A stretch of 53,606 nt of DNA from a candidate division WOR-3 bacterium UBA2202 (GTDB lineage Bacteria; Hydrothermota; 32-111): NCBI GenBank assembly GCA_002327905.1, contig DCUY01000084.1:1512-55117 (forward strand), read 5' to 3'. Positions within the stretch are counted from its first letter, which is position 1. Every line of letters starts with the position of its first letter. This document shows, piece after piece, positions 30,654-40,778 of this stretch. The position numbers were made by a program, and so were the translations under genes. Below the pieces are notes generated by a model. The model was not told the DNA's origin and made no database searches. It saw only the letters and a program-made list of their open reading frames with translations.

Positions 30654-33500
30654 TTACTTTATGACATTCAGTCTCAATATGTCTTTGAATGTCCCTGTAG
30701 ATTCTTTCACAATATATATTCCTGAAGCAAGCTCTCCTGTATTCACATAGATATTAGTCTTGCCGTATGAAACAACTCCTTTATAAAGAGTCTTCATCAC
30801 TCGTCCTTCAAGATTGTAAAGATTCAGTTCTATCTGCTTGCTTAAAGGAGATGAAAGAGTTATCCAGCCACCATTCTTCAATGTATTTTTGTCTGAGACG
30901 ATTGAAAATTCCTTGATGAACATTGCTCCAGTTACTTTCACTGAATTGAATTCAATGCTTCTTCCGTTTGAAGTGATGCATACGACCTTATACTGAGCGC
31001 TTCTCTTTGCATCGTATGTCTTATCATTATATGAAAAAGTATTTGCATTGAGATTTGCAATGATTGAGTAATAATCTTCATTTTCGTATTTTCTTTCAAT
31101 TCTGAAGCTTGAAGCATTCTCTACTCCGTCAATATTCCATTTCAAAGAGACAAAACCGTTTAAAACACTTGCAGAGAGATAGAAATCCTGAATAGCAAGA
31201 TTGGATGAAAGGTCGATTATTCCCCTCGGATAAATTTCATAGACAGACCAGTATGGAGCAGAGATGTCATATTGAGTCAAGACGCCTACAATCTTTTTTG
31301 GCCATATTGGTTCGGAGCTTCCGTCAATATCAGTGTCATTATCTATCCAAAGGAGGAATGTATCTACTTTTGATCCCTTTGTGGGAAGAACAGTATCATA
31401 CATAACAAGAAGCTTGCTCTCATCTGCCAAAGGCCATGTGCCTGTTTTTACGCCCTTTGAGTTTATCTGAACGAGAAGCCCTTCATAAGTATCTCCCACA
31501 GTGTCCATAAGATGGTCAGCATTAAGAAGTATCGTATCTATTGCATGTCCTGATGTGTATTTTGTGAGAGCCGAGTATGGATTCCCAATTCTTGTCTGAC
31601 CATTGGAGAATATTATTGTTCCCTCAACTACTATTGAATCTCCCTCTATTGTTGTCTCGCTTCCGTCAGCTTTTATGGAGTCATTCTTCCAGACAGCTCC
31701 GAGAATATAATTCTGCTGGAAATTGATAATATTCAGCGAGTCATTGAATGCTCCTGTTGCAACAGTCACGATTCCGGCCGCTCTCACATTGTATCCTATC
31801 CATTTTGCATATCCGTCTGATGTGTTCTCTTTATAGCGCGGAATTGATGTGAATCCCCAAAAGAACTTGCCTGCTGAAGATTTTGTTATATTATTATTGT
31901 TGTCAGTAACTTCGATGTAGTATTCAAATCTGCAGTCATTGCCTCTTCCCGGCAAAATGTATTGGTAGAGTGAATCTCCCAAATAAGCAGTCATATTGTA
32001 TGTGTCAATATCAGTGCTGTCATAAGCGCTTGTGATGAGTTCTATGGACTTTAGTCCGTTGATATCCGATATTTTCGCTCTTATTGTGTCAGGCTGATCC
32101 TCATAAGGAAGGAAAGGCGAACGAGTGATATTCGTTATTGAAGTTCCGTCGCTTCCCCACCCGGGTGTCGGCATTATTGTTGCTCCCACAACGAAATCAA
32201 CGGAGCATACATCAGTGTCTTTGCCGTCAGGTGAACGCACTGCGGATAGGGATTCCGCTGGAGCCGTGATTGGATTAGTTCCGGTTGAACCGTAATAAAC
32301 TATGTCAATCACCTGTGAATCAGCGTTGAACAGGTATATGTCGTCTCCAGTGTTTGAAAGCAAAAGACCTGCATCAATCGTTCCGTATTCTATATCAGGA
32401 GTTGAAGGGTAGAGAGTTGAGAAAGCAGTTGTATTATTGACACACAGGTAAAAAGATTTTGCTCCCAACACTGTGCTTGGAGGAATTATGAACGAACCCT
32501 CAGCGCCACCATTCGCCGCAGGATTGTCCGAAACTACAAATTCCGATATGTCAACAGAAGAAGTTCCATAATTATAAAGTTCAATCCACTCTCCATCATC
32601 GTCTGTCACGGAATTGTCACCGTTTGCACAAAATTCGTTTATGACTACAGTTACAGGAGTTATCACATTGAATGTATTTGCATCTGATATTGTAACTGCA
32701 GTTGAATCATCAATTGCTTTTACATAATAATTGACTATGTTTCCTGCAGAGAAAAGTCCCATAGAATAAGAGTAATCGCTTCCAGAAAGGGATGAGTGAG
32801 TCATCTTTGTCCAAGCGCCTCCGTCTACTTGATAGAATAATGTATCAGCGGCTACAGCAGACTCGTCAGTTATGTTTGCAGTTGCAGTGACTGAAGTTGA
32901 AGGAGAAACTGTTATGGGTAAATGGTTTAATGAGTTTATTGAAGGAGGGATGTTCGTGGGAGCTCCTCCGGTTCCAGTGTCATTATATATTTCTACAAAC
33001 TCATAGAGATAATTGCCTGTACCTAAAGTATCAGTATATTCGGTAATTACAAGGCCTGCTCCGTTACCGTAATTGCTGCATGATCCCGGAGTTGCCTGTG
33101 AAGAGGCATAAAGAGTAAAAGTACTTCCGCTTGTGGAATCTCTTTGAACGCTTTTGGCTGCAATCAGTTGAGCAACACTGGAAGAATCAACAAGCAAGTC
33201 TGAAGCGTCATGAATTGAGTATATCTCTGCTCCATTCATCTGTGGAATGACAGGAATTACAGAATCCAAAAATATTACATTTGGACCCATGGTTACTCCC
33301 CAAAAAGATTCAAATTCTGCTTGAGTCTTATTCCCTCTGCAAATAATCAGAAACCATCCTCCCGGAAGAGTAGTGTCAGTTACAGTATAAGTAAAAGGGT
33401 TATTATACTGCCTTATTTTGAAGCCAGTTATATCAATATCGGCAGAAAATATTGCAATAGAAAAAGCAACCATAAGCACAAAGAGCAAAAACCTTTTCAT
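30654..33500 (-). CDS. Secreted multidomain protein: lamin-tail domain(s), Ig-like/OB-like modules, T9SS type A-like CTD
   Basis: Signal peptide; VVINEF...EWIELYN...VDIS...LSNTGDDIYL; C-terminal LYNLEGRVMKTL...LASGIYIV...LNVIK. Confidence 0.8.
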   Translation of the reverse strand: MKRFLLFVLMVAFSIAIFSADIDITGFKIRQYNNPFTYTVTDTTLPGGWFLIICRGNKTQAEFESFWGVTMGPNVIFLDSVIPVIPQMNGAEIYSIHDASDLLVDSSSVAQLIAAKSVQRDSTSGSTFTLYASSQATPGSCSNYGNGAGLVITEYTDTLGTGNYLYEFVEIYNDTGTGGAPTNIPPSINSLNHLPITVSPSTSVTATANITDESAVAADTLFYQVDGGAWTKMTHSSLSGSDYSYSMGLFSAGNIVNYYVKAIDDSTAVTISDANTFNVITPVTVVINEFCANGDNSVTDDDGEWIELYNYGTSSVDISEFVVSDNPAANGGAEGSFIIPPSTVLGAKSFYLCVNNTTAFSTLYPSTPDIEYGTIDAGLLLSNTGDDIYLFNADSQVIDIVYYGSTGTNPITAPAESLSAVRSPDGKDTDVCSVDFVVGATIMPTPGWGSDGTSITNITRSPFLPYEDQPDTIRAKISDINGLKSIELITSAYDSTDIDTYNMTAYLGDSLYQYILPGRGNDCRFEYYIEVTDNNNNITKSSAGKFFWGFTSIPRYKENTSDGYAKWIGYNVRAAGIVTVATGAFNDSLNIINFQQNYILGAVWKNDSIKADGSETTIEGDSIVVEGTIIFSNGQTRIGNPYSALTKYTSGHAIDTILLNADHLMDTVGDTYEGLLVQINSKGVKTGTWPLADESKLLVMYDTVLPTKGSKVDTFLLWIDNDTDIDGSSEPIWPKKIVGVLTQYDISAPYWSVYEIYPRGIIDLSSNLAIQDFYLSASVLNGFVSLKWNIDGVENASSFRIERKYENEDYYSIIANLNANTFSYNDKTYDAKRSAQYKVVCITSNGRSIEFNSVKVTGAMFIKEFSIVSDKNTLKNGGWITLSSPLSKQIELNLYNLEGRVMKTLYKGVVSYGKTNIYVNTGELASGIYIVKESTGTFKDILRLNVIK

Positions 33501-33572
33501 TTGTCCTCCTATTTATTTTTATAATAACAATATTCAAGGATTGTTAATAAACAGATAAGAAAGAACAAAAAA

Positions 33573-33956
33573 TCAATGAATTATATTGTATTCTTCTGCA
33601 TCGAACATTTTGTTCATATATACTGAAAACTGAAAATTGTCAGACCTGTAAGTGAGGCCGACTCCCCCCATAATATAATTCTGCATGAGATTGGTATTCA
33701 GATATGAAAAATCATAATTGAGAAAAAGATTTTTGCTTATTTGATTTGTGTAATCCGCACTGAGAAGGGAATAGGACATATTGTACTTTCCGGATGACAA
33801 AAAACCTGTTGAAAATGAGTATGCCTGCGAATCAGGCTTAAAGGCGCTTGCTGAATTTAAAATGTTTTTATTTATACCTGACAAAGCGGGAGAATCTGCA
33901 TAAATATAAACAACACACAGCAAAAATACTGAAACATACAATGCGATTTTTTTCAT
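33573..33956 (-). CDS. Hypothetical secreted protein
   Basis: Signal peptide; SD AGGAG; promoter TTGACT-N17-TAAAAT at 34009-33981. Confidence 0.7.
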   Translation of the reverse strand: MKKIALYVSVFLLCVVYIYADSPALSGINKNILNSASAFKPDSQAYSFSTGFLSSGKYNMSYSLLSADYTNQISKNLFLNYDFSYLNTNLMQNYIMGGVGLTYRSDNFQFSVYMNKMFDAEEYNIIH

Positions 33957-34060
33957 ACTACTCCTTTTTTACCACCTTATATTTTATATCTTAATTATAA
34001 TAAAGTCAAGAGTTCATAAAGCGTCTTGAGAAAGGGGGCAAAATGATGTAAAATACATGA

Positions 34061-34807
34061 ATGAACGGATATATTCATGTTGAAGATGCGGCAGTCCTTT
34101 TGGATAATATTCTTACAAGAGAATATCTTATTCATAGGATTGAGGGGGGAGAATTCATCGGAAAGAGGGTTAAGGAGCGGTATTACATTTCAAAAGAGAC
34201 ATTTGAATGGCTGAAAAGGATTCTTTTAAAAAAAGATTATTCTGATGTCAGAGAGATTGAAAAGAATATTGATGAAGTAGATTTCAATAAAATCAAGATA
34301 AAGGGTTCAATAATCGACATAGGCGGAGGAGGAGAGGGAATATCGGGAAGAAGATACGGAAAGATGGTCGTTTCCATTGACAAATCCCTGAGGGAATTGC
34401 TTGAGACGAAGAATGATTCAATTAAAATTGTATCTGACGGAATGAGACTGCCCTTTAAGGAAAAGACATTTGATAATTCGACAGCATTCTTTGCTTTTAT
34501 GTATATGCCTGTAAAGACAAGAAAGATTGTCATGGCGGAGATTCACAGGGTATTAAGAGAGAGAGGAATGTTATATGTTTTTGAACCTAAAATCAGCTCT
34601 GCGCATTACAGACCGATGACTCTCTTGTCTGTTTATTTAACTGTGAAGGCCGGTAAAGAGAAGATTCATACAGGATACGGAGCGGTTCTCGCAAAATCCG
34701 CCCAGAGCAGAACCCATTTCACTGCAATCGCCAAAGAGAATGGATTTGTTTTAGAAGAACATTTTGATTTCAAAGACCATTTCATTCTTGTATTTGTAAA
34801 GGCTTAG
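34061..34807 (+). CDS. Class I SAM-dependent methyltransferase with N-terminal excisionase-like HTH
   Basis: IIDIGGGGEG, DGMRLPFKEKTFD, EIHRVL; N-terminus VEDAAVLL...IEGGEFIGKRVKERYYIS; promoter TTGAGA-N17-TAAAAT at 34026-34054. Confidence 0.8.
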   Translation: MNGYIHVEDAAVLLDNILTREYLIHRIEGGEFIGKRVKERYYISKETFEWLKRILLKKDYSDVREIEKNIDEVDFNKIKIKGSIIDIGGGGEGISGRRYGKMVVSIDKSLRELLETKNDSIKIVSDGMRLPFKEKTFDNSTAFFAFMYMPVKTRKIVMAEIHRVLRERGMLYVFEPKISSAHYRPMTLLSVYLTVKAGKEKIHTGYGAVLAKSAQSRTHFTAIAKENGFVLEEHFDFKDHFILVFVKA

Positions 34808-34837
34808 ATTGAATCTCGTCAATTATAACAGGTTTCT

Positions 34838-35320
34838 TTAAGAATCTGTCAGTATTTTTTCCCTGGTTCTGATTTGAAGAAAATATATGCTATTACAATT
34901 GTAAAAATATTGCTTATGAATATTCCCCAGAAAATTCCATGATAACCCATAAACTTTGACACGAAAATTACTGTTGGAATTCGCAGAACCGAGAGGCGCA
35001 GTAATCTCCATTATCAGAATATTCATTGAGTTTCCCGAACCTTGAAAAGGAGAGAGAAATATTTCATCATTGTCACCAACAGCATTGAGTAAGAGATGAT
35101 TTTAAAGAATGATTCTCCGATTTTTATGACTTTGGCATCATTAATAAAGAATTTTGTGACAAGGTTCCCGTAGAAAAATGTCAGAGTGAAAATAACGAAG
35201 AATTTAATGAAACTATCCGTAATTGTATAGAGATTCTGCAATACATTTGATAGAAGTATGGGCATAGCGAAGAGAGTGACGGAGTGACGGATTTGTAAAT
35301 ATAATAATTGCAAATAATAT
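34838..35320 (-). pseudogene. MATE efflux transporter remnant
   Basis: FAMPILLSNVLQNLYTITDSF joined directly to FFINDAKVIKIGESFFKIIS; ~0.5 kb versus ~1.3 kb for a full MATE. Confidence 0.75.
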
Positions 35321-35494
35321 CATTAATAATAATCAGTTTACAGAATTTTCTCTTTTGGTCAACTTTTGTCGCTGGGGAGATTATTCTCCGCATTTTTAAA
35401 TTCAACAGAATATTTTATCTCTTTCTATTGACTGACTCAATATTATATTGTAGATTTTATTGAGTTTGGTAATATTCAAAGAGAAGGAGGCGCA

Positions 35495-35754
35495 ATGGAT
35501 AATGTAAAATTCATTGTTCACTATAGGAAAAAATACTTTTTCAAAATCTCATAGACTCAAGGGATGCAGAAAAGCCGCCAGTATTAAAGATCATTCTCCA
35601 TAGAAGTGACTCCTCATGTCAAGACAGCTCTCCTTTGGGAGTTGCTGGAATAAAAAGGGTTTTGCTTCAAACACTTCTTGAGATAACGGGAAGGCATATA
35701 CAAATGTGTTCTGATATTGATGAATCTATGGAGTCTCCGGTAAATCACAAATAG
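35495..35754 (+). pseudogene. Degenerate gene remnant, possibly LMW-PTP/ArsC-like
   Basis: Good promoter (TTGACT-N17-TAGATT at 35428-35456) and SD AAGGAGG but ORF stops after 19 codons; KILF and SRQLS fragments in shifting frames. Confidence 0.3.
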
Positions 35755-35758
35755 ACAA

Positions 35759-36547
35759 TTATTTTCTTTTGAATACGGATACAAGAAACAGTGTTAGAAT
35801 GGATATCATCACTATTGAAGGACCTGTGGGAAGGTCAAAATAGAAAGAGAGAATCATTCCTGAGAAAGAAAACACCAGATTTAAGGCAAAAGATAAAAAT
35901 ATCATTTTGAGAATACTTTTGACAAATCTTCTTGCTATAATCGGGGGGATTGTCAGAAATGCAATTATAACAAGCACTCCAGCCACTTTAATAAGTATTA
36001 CAACAGTCAGAGCGGTGAGCATATAAAATATCAGATCAAAAAGTTTTGTGTTTATTCCGCAGAGTATTGCAAATTCCTCGTCAAATGAGGATAGGACAAT
36101 CTCTCTCGAAAAAATACCGAAGGCCAGAAGGGTCAAGAGTATAGATGCAAGCATGAGTCCTATGTCTGACATAGAGACAGCCAAAATTGACCCGAACAGA
36201 TAACCGAGAACCTCCCCTGAAAATCCGGCTTTGAAATTCATTAAAAGTATTCCGAGAGACATTCCGAATGACCAGATAATTGTCAGAGCTGATTCTTCGC
36301 TTATCCTCATTGCTTTTTTGAATAATGAAAAGAATCCTGCGACTGCCATAGTGAAAGGAATTGCAATATAAACAGGATTCAAATTTAAAAGAAGTCCCAG
36401 CCCCAACCCGCCGAATGCAGAATGCGCTATTGAACCTGCGATTGAAGTCATTTTCCTCATCACCACAAATGTTCCGATAACCGCGCTCAATATGCTTATC
36501 AAAAGAGAGGCGATAAATGCTATTTGAATGAATCTGTATTCAAACAC
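35759..36547 (-). CDS. znuB: Zn/Mn ABC transporter permease
   Basis: SIAHSAFGG, GYLFGSIL, SFDEEFA. Confidence 0.92.
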   Translation of the reverse strand: MFEYRFIQIAFIASLLISILSAVIGTFVVMRKMTSIAGSIAHSAFGGLGLGLLLNLNPVYIAIPFTMAVAGFFSLFKKAMRISEESALTIIWSFGMSLGILLMNFKAGFSGEVLGYLFGSILAVSMSDIGLMLASILLTLLAFGIFSREIVLSSFDEEFAILCGINTKLFDLIFYMLTALTVVILIKVAGVLVIIAFLTIPPIIARRFVKSILKMIFLSFALNLVFSFSGMILSFYFDLPTGPSIVMISILTLFLVSVFKRK

Positions 36548-36549
36548 TT

Positions 36550-37284
36550 TTATTTATCTCCATGGTGGGAATGATTTATGATATTGATGCTTCCTTTGTA
36601 TGTTTCATCCAACTTTGTCAGACCCTCGGCCGTAGGCCCGTCATAATTGATTTTATGGTTCAAACATATGATTCTCTCAATATATGTTGAAACGGCTCCA
36701 AGGTCATGTGTGACGAGAATTATCGCCATTCTCTCTCTCAGTCTGCTTAAAAGCATGAAGAATTCATCCTGAGATTTTTTATCGACAGACGAAGTCGGTT
36801 CGTCCATAAGCAGAATCTTCGGATTTCTCACAAGAGCTCGTGCAATAAGAACTCTCTGCATCTCTCCGCCTGAAAGTTCGTGTATCCTCTTGTTCTTTAA
36901 TCTCGATAGGGAAAACTCTTCTATGTATTTATCTGCCGAATGTATGTCTTCCTTTGAATATTTTCTGAAATATCCCGAATATTTTCCGGAAAGCATTATA
37001 TCCCTTACAGTGAGCGGGAAATCGGAATCTCTTTTTATGAATTGGGGAATGTAGCCCACATGAAGGCGTCCTTTAATATTCTGTTCTCCGAGTATTTCAA
37101 TGCTTCCCGAGTCAATTTTGATAAACCCGAGTATTGCCCTTAAAAGAGTAGTCTTTCCGCTTCCATTGGGTCCTATTACGGATATGAGTTCATTGCTTTT
37201 AACATTAAGATTGATATTTTCGAGTATTGACTGGCCGTTTATAGACAAACAGAGATTTTTTACTGAAATTGCAGTGCTATTCAT
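36550..37284 (-). CDS. znuC: Zn/Mn ABC transporter ATPase
   Basis: GPNGSGKT, GYIPQ, LSGGEMQR, MDEP, VTHDL, His-rich tail. Confidence 0.92.
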   Translation of the reverse strand: MNSTAISVKNLCLSINGQSILENINLNVKSNELISVIGPNGSGKTTLLRAILGFIKIDSGSIEILGEQNIKGRLHVGYIPQFIKRDSDFPLTVRDIMLSGKYSGYFRKYSKEDIHSADKYIEEFSLSRLKNKRIHELSGGEMQRVLIARALVRNPKILLMDEPTSSVDKKSQDEFFMLLSRLRERMAIILVTHDLGAVSTYIERIICLNHKINYDGPTAEGLTKLDETYKGSINIINHSHHGDK

Positions 37285-38101
37285 TGTTTATAGAAACCGC
37301 TAAATTTAAAAATTCTCCGACAATGTCCAAACTCAAGGGATTGAACATAATTACCTTTGCTCCGGCTTCTCTTTGAAAAATATCTGTAAACCTTTTGGAA
37401 GACGGATTTGTAAGAATAAGTATTTTGTCAGGGTCATTCTTCATTAAATCCGCTGTGGCGGAAATATCTCTTAAAGATGGTTCTTTTGATTCTTCAAAAA
37501 TTGCAGTCTGCTCTACGGAATAGTCAATTGCAAGGTATGAGAATGCCGTGTGGTCTGTGAATATTCTCTTTATACCTCTTTTTAGAAGAGTCTCAGAGAG
37601 AATTTTATCTGCAGAATCGATTTTTGCCGAATAGACTGCAAGATTGTTTTCATAATAATCTCTGTTCTCTTCATCATAATGAGAAATGCACTCGCAGATT
37701 CTTCCTGCAAGAATTTTCAGATTCTTCAATGAAACCCATATATGCGGGTCAAAGACCGAGTCTATTCCGTCAGAGAGAAAAAGAACCACAGTATTTCTCG
37801 CATTCTCAATCAAAGCCTCCATGTTCTTCTCCTCAAATTCAAGATTGGAGCCGAGGAATATTATTATATCTGCATTTGCGACATTCTTCATGCTTAAAGG
37901 CTTTAGCTCAAACGAATGAACATCCTGATTTTGTGAAAGCAGTGAAGATGCGCCGCCCTTATCCTTCAATATCTGCTCTGCAATATATTTCACAGGCTCA
38001 ATTGTCGCAATGACTCTTATTTCATTGGTTTCAGGCGCTTTTACGCATCCGCTACAAACAATTATCAATGCTACTGCAATCAGAAACAGAACTTTTTTCA
38101 T
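37277..38101 (-). CDS. znuA: Zn/Mn ABC transporter substrate-binding lipoprotein
   Basis: Lipobox CSGC; DVHSFE, DPHIW, DHTAF metal-ligand motifs. Confidence 0.9.
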   Translation of the reverse strand: MKKVLFLIAVALIIVCSGCVKAPETNEIRVIATIEPVKYIAEQILKDKGGASSLLSQNQDVHSFELKPLSMKNVANADIIIFLGSNLEFEEKNMEALIENARNTVVLFLSDGIDSVFDPHIWVSLKNLKILAGRICECISHYDEENRDYYENNLAVYSAKIDSADKILSETLLKRGIKRIFTDHTAFSYLAIDYSVEQTAIFEESKEPSLRDISATADLMKNDPDKILILTNPSSKRFTDIFQREAGAKVIMFNPLSLDIVGEFLNLAVSINNE

Positions 38102-39360
38102 TTTTTTCTTATCTCCTCTTTGAGTTTTTTATAGTAGATTATTCTTTTCACCATCTCTCTTTCAAATCCTCTTTCAACCGGCTTATAGTAAACTCTCTCG
38201 CTCATATTGTCGGGGAAATATTTTTCATCAATAAAGCTTTCCTTTGTCTGAGGGGGATAGATGTATTCTTCTCCGTATCCTCTCTCTTTGTCAAAATCAG
38301 TTACAGGATTGCGGAATTTCAAAGGCACGGAAAGATTTGCAGTATTCTTCGCATCCTGAAGAGCGCTGTTATAAGCATTATAAACAGCTGTAGATTTAGG
38401 GGCGAGCGAAAGGTATATTGCGCACTGCAATAAGGACAATTCTCCCTCAGGAGAGCCGAGTCTTTCAAAGGCATTATAGGCGGATATTGCAATTACCATT
38501 GCCTGCGGGTCTGCATTACCTATATCCTCCGAAGCTATTCTTATCATTCTTCTCGCCACATAAAGAGGATCCTCTCCTCCGGCAATCATACGCGCGAAAT
38601 AGTAAATTGAAGCATCAACATCGCTTCCCCTTACTGATTTATGAAATGCTGAAATAAGGTTGTAATGCTCCTCACCGTTCTTATCGTGCGGAACAAATTT
38701 TTTATTTATTATTTTTTTAAATTCCTCAAATGTCTCTATTTTTTCTATCTCTCCTCCCAAAGCGCTGATAATGTTAATTGCCTGTCTGGCATCGCAGTTT
38801 GAAAAATCAATTATAAAATCTATAATTCCCGTATTATTGAGTTTGAAATTCAATTTATTTACAGCTCTCTGTATAATCTCCTTCAGATCATCTTTTGAAA
38901 GCCTCTCAAATTCAGCTGATGTAAGGCGCGACAGTAATGCCTTATTCACCTCGTATGAGGGATTTTCCGTGGTGGTGCCTATTATAAAAACATTCCCGTT
39001 CTCAATATACGGAAGAAGAGCGTCCTGCTGAGCTTTGTTCATTCTGTGTATTTCGTCAATGATTATAAGAATGGGCTCTTTATTTGCCTCTTCAATGATT
39101 TTCTTAAACTGCGTTGTGGAGAATGAGACTCCGTTTATATTCATTGAAGGCATTCGGTATTTTTTTGAAATGATATTTGCAAGAGTGGTCTTCCCGCATC
39201 CGGGGGGTCCGAAAAAGAGAAGAGAGACAGGTTCGCCTCTTTTTAATATTAAATTCAGAATATTGCCGTCTCCTATCAGATGCTTCTGTCCGATGAATTC
39301 ATCTATATTCTGCGGACGAAGCTGTTCCGCAAGGGGAGTCTTCTTAGAATCCGTAGTCAT
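38098..39360 (-). CDS. rarA: Replication-associated recombination protein A (MgsA/RarA)
   Basis: PLAEQLRP, GPPGCGKT, DEIHR, TTENP, ISAFHKSVRGSD, ASEDIGNADP. Confidence 0.96.
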   Translation of the reverse strand: MTTDSKKTPLAEQLRPQNIDEFIGQKHLIGDGNILNLILKRGEPVSLLFFGPPGCGKTTLANIISKKYRMPSMNINGVSFSTTQFKKIIEEANKEPILIIIDEIHRMNKAQQDALLPYIENGNVFIIGTTTENPSYEVNKALLSRLTSAEFERLSKDDLKEIIQRAVNKLNFKLNNTGIIDFIIDFSNCDARQAINIISALGGEIEKIETFEEFKKIINKKFVPHDKNGEEHYNLISAFHKSVRGSDVDASIYYFARMIAGGEDPLYVARRMIRIASEDIGNADPQAMVIAISAYNAFERLGSPEGELSLLQCAIYLSLAPKSTAVYNAYNSALQDAKNTANLSVPLKFRNPVTDFDKERGYGEEYIYPPQTKESFIDEKYFPDNMSERVYYKPVERGFEREMVKRIIYYKKLKEEIRKK

Positions 39361-39949
39361 TGTCGATGATAAAGACGGAAATTCTTTTATAAGGAAATGA
39401 TCTTTTTATTATTGCAGTCGTATAGCATATATTCCGCTCATGTTCGCATTCAGCGCATTTTTGAAGTTTCACGCATGGAGTGTCTAGATTGAATCTCATG
39501 CAGTTTCTTACCGCGGCAATGTTCTTTGCCCTTTCAATCGCTTCCGTGACATTTGCGGTTATTTTATTTCTGCCCGCAATAACAACAACCTTCCTCGGTC
39601 CGAATATCATTGCACCGATCCTGTTTCCTCTCTTGTCTATATTGACAAGAGACCCGTCTTCGGAGATTGCATTCGCAGAGCAGAAGTAAATATCAGATAA
39701 AAGAGCTTTTCTCTCAGATTCGATTTTTTCCTCTTCTGTTCCTGATGTCATTCTTTCAATGTGGATTTTTCCGTTTTCAATTATGAAATCGCGCAGTTTT
39801 GTCTCCAAAAGAGTCGTCGAACCGCCGAAAGCAAAGGAATGGTATTCTTCAAGAAGAGTCTTAATCTCCTTCTTCATGGATTCGGCGCTGTCAAATGCTT
39901 TTGCGTCAAAATGATGCTTCTCAAGATTTTTTAATGTCTTTTCAATCAT
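39344..39949 (-). CDS. LUD-domain (lactate utilisation LutC-like) protein
   Basis: FGGSTTL, SANAISEDGSLVNIDKRGNR, FGPRKV, C-terminal Cys cluster; ATGA overlap gives the start. Confidence 0.85.
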   Translation of the reverse strand: MIEKTLKNLEKHHFDAKAFDSAESMKKEIKTLLEEYHSFAFGGSTTLLETKLRDFIIENGKIHIERMTSGTEEEKIESERKALLSDIYFCSANAISEDGSLVNIDKRGNRIGAMIFGPRKVVVIAGRNKITANVTEAIERAKNIAAVRNCMRFNLDTPCVKLQKCAECEHERNICYTTAIIKRSFPYKRISVFIIDNDYGF

Positions 39950-40302
39950 TCTATCCAAAAAAGTATCCTTCCGCAATTGGGGCATGTGATGATTTTGTTA
40001 TTTCTGTCCGACTCGGACACATAACTTGTAGGAAGAGCCATAAAGCATCCGTAGCACACTCCGTCATTTACCTGAGCCACCACGCGCATTTTGTATCTTT
40101 TGAGTATTCTGTCATACTGGCTGAGCATGTCAGGAGCAATCTTCTTTCTGAGTGAATCGCGGAATTTCTTAATTTCCGCCTCTTTTGCCTGAACCTTGAA
40201 TCCCAAAGATTCTTCCTTATCCTTTATTCTCACATTTTTTAATTCTTCAAGCTGAGTGTCAAGGTCTGATAATTGTATGACTATCTGGAGCTGACTGTTC
40301 AT
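39946..40302 (-). CDS. C4-type zinc-ribbon protein (zf-RING_7/DUF164, short form)
   Basis: GVCYGCFM...ITCPNCGRIL. Confidence 0.85.
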   Translation of the reverse strand: MNSQLQIVIQLSDLDTQLEELKNVRIKDKEESLGFKVQAKEAEIKKFRDSLRKKIAPDMLSQYDRILKRYKMRVVAQVNDGVCYGCFMALPTSYVSESDRNNKIITCPNCGRILFWIE

Positions 40303-40769
40303 AGTTCATCCTCCATATCGGATTCATATTTTTTTATCAGGTTTATCAAATCTTCTTCACCTGCAACTTTGAGATAGTCTTTCTTCTTCACGAGTTTTTT
40401 TGAGAGTGATGCAATTTTTCCGAGAAGAATAAGATACTGATTGGATGTGTCAAGCGGTGGAGCGATTATGAGGAAAAGAATATGCACAGGCTTTCCGTCC
40501 ATTGAATCATACTCTATTCCGGATGTTGAAAGACCGACATAGAGGCAGAGTTTGTTCAATACTACCGAACGTGCATGGGGAATCGCTATTCCGTTTCCTA
40601 TTCCTGTTGTGCCCAGCACTTCTCTCTGCTTCAGAGAGAGCAGAACAAGCTCCTTTTTCTCTTTTGAAAGGTCTATCTTGTTGACCACCTCTTCCAAAGC
40701 CTTGTCCTTTGTCTTGCTCTTTATATTGAGTATGACATTCTCATTCTTCAAAAAACTTGATATATTCAT
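40299..40769 (-). CDS. PTS IIA domain protein (PtsN/fructose-type)
   Basis: REVLGTTGIGNGIAIPHAR, YDSMDGKPV. Confidence 0.9.
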   Translation of the reverse strand: MNISSFLKNENVILNIKSKTKDKALEEVVNKIDLSKEKKELVLLSLKQREVLGTTGIGNGIAIPHARSVVLNKLCLYVGLSTSGIEYDSMDGKPVHILFLIIAPPLDTSNQYLILLGKIASLSKKLVKKKDYLKVAGEEDLINLIKKYESDMEDEL

Positions 40770-40778
40770 TTAGACCTC

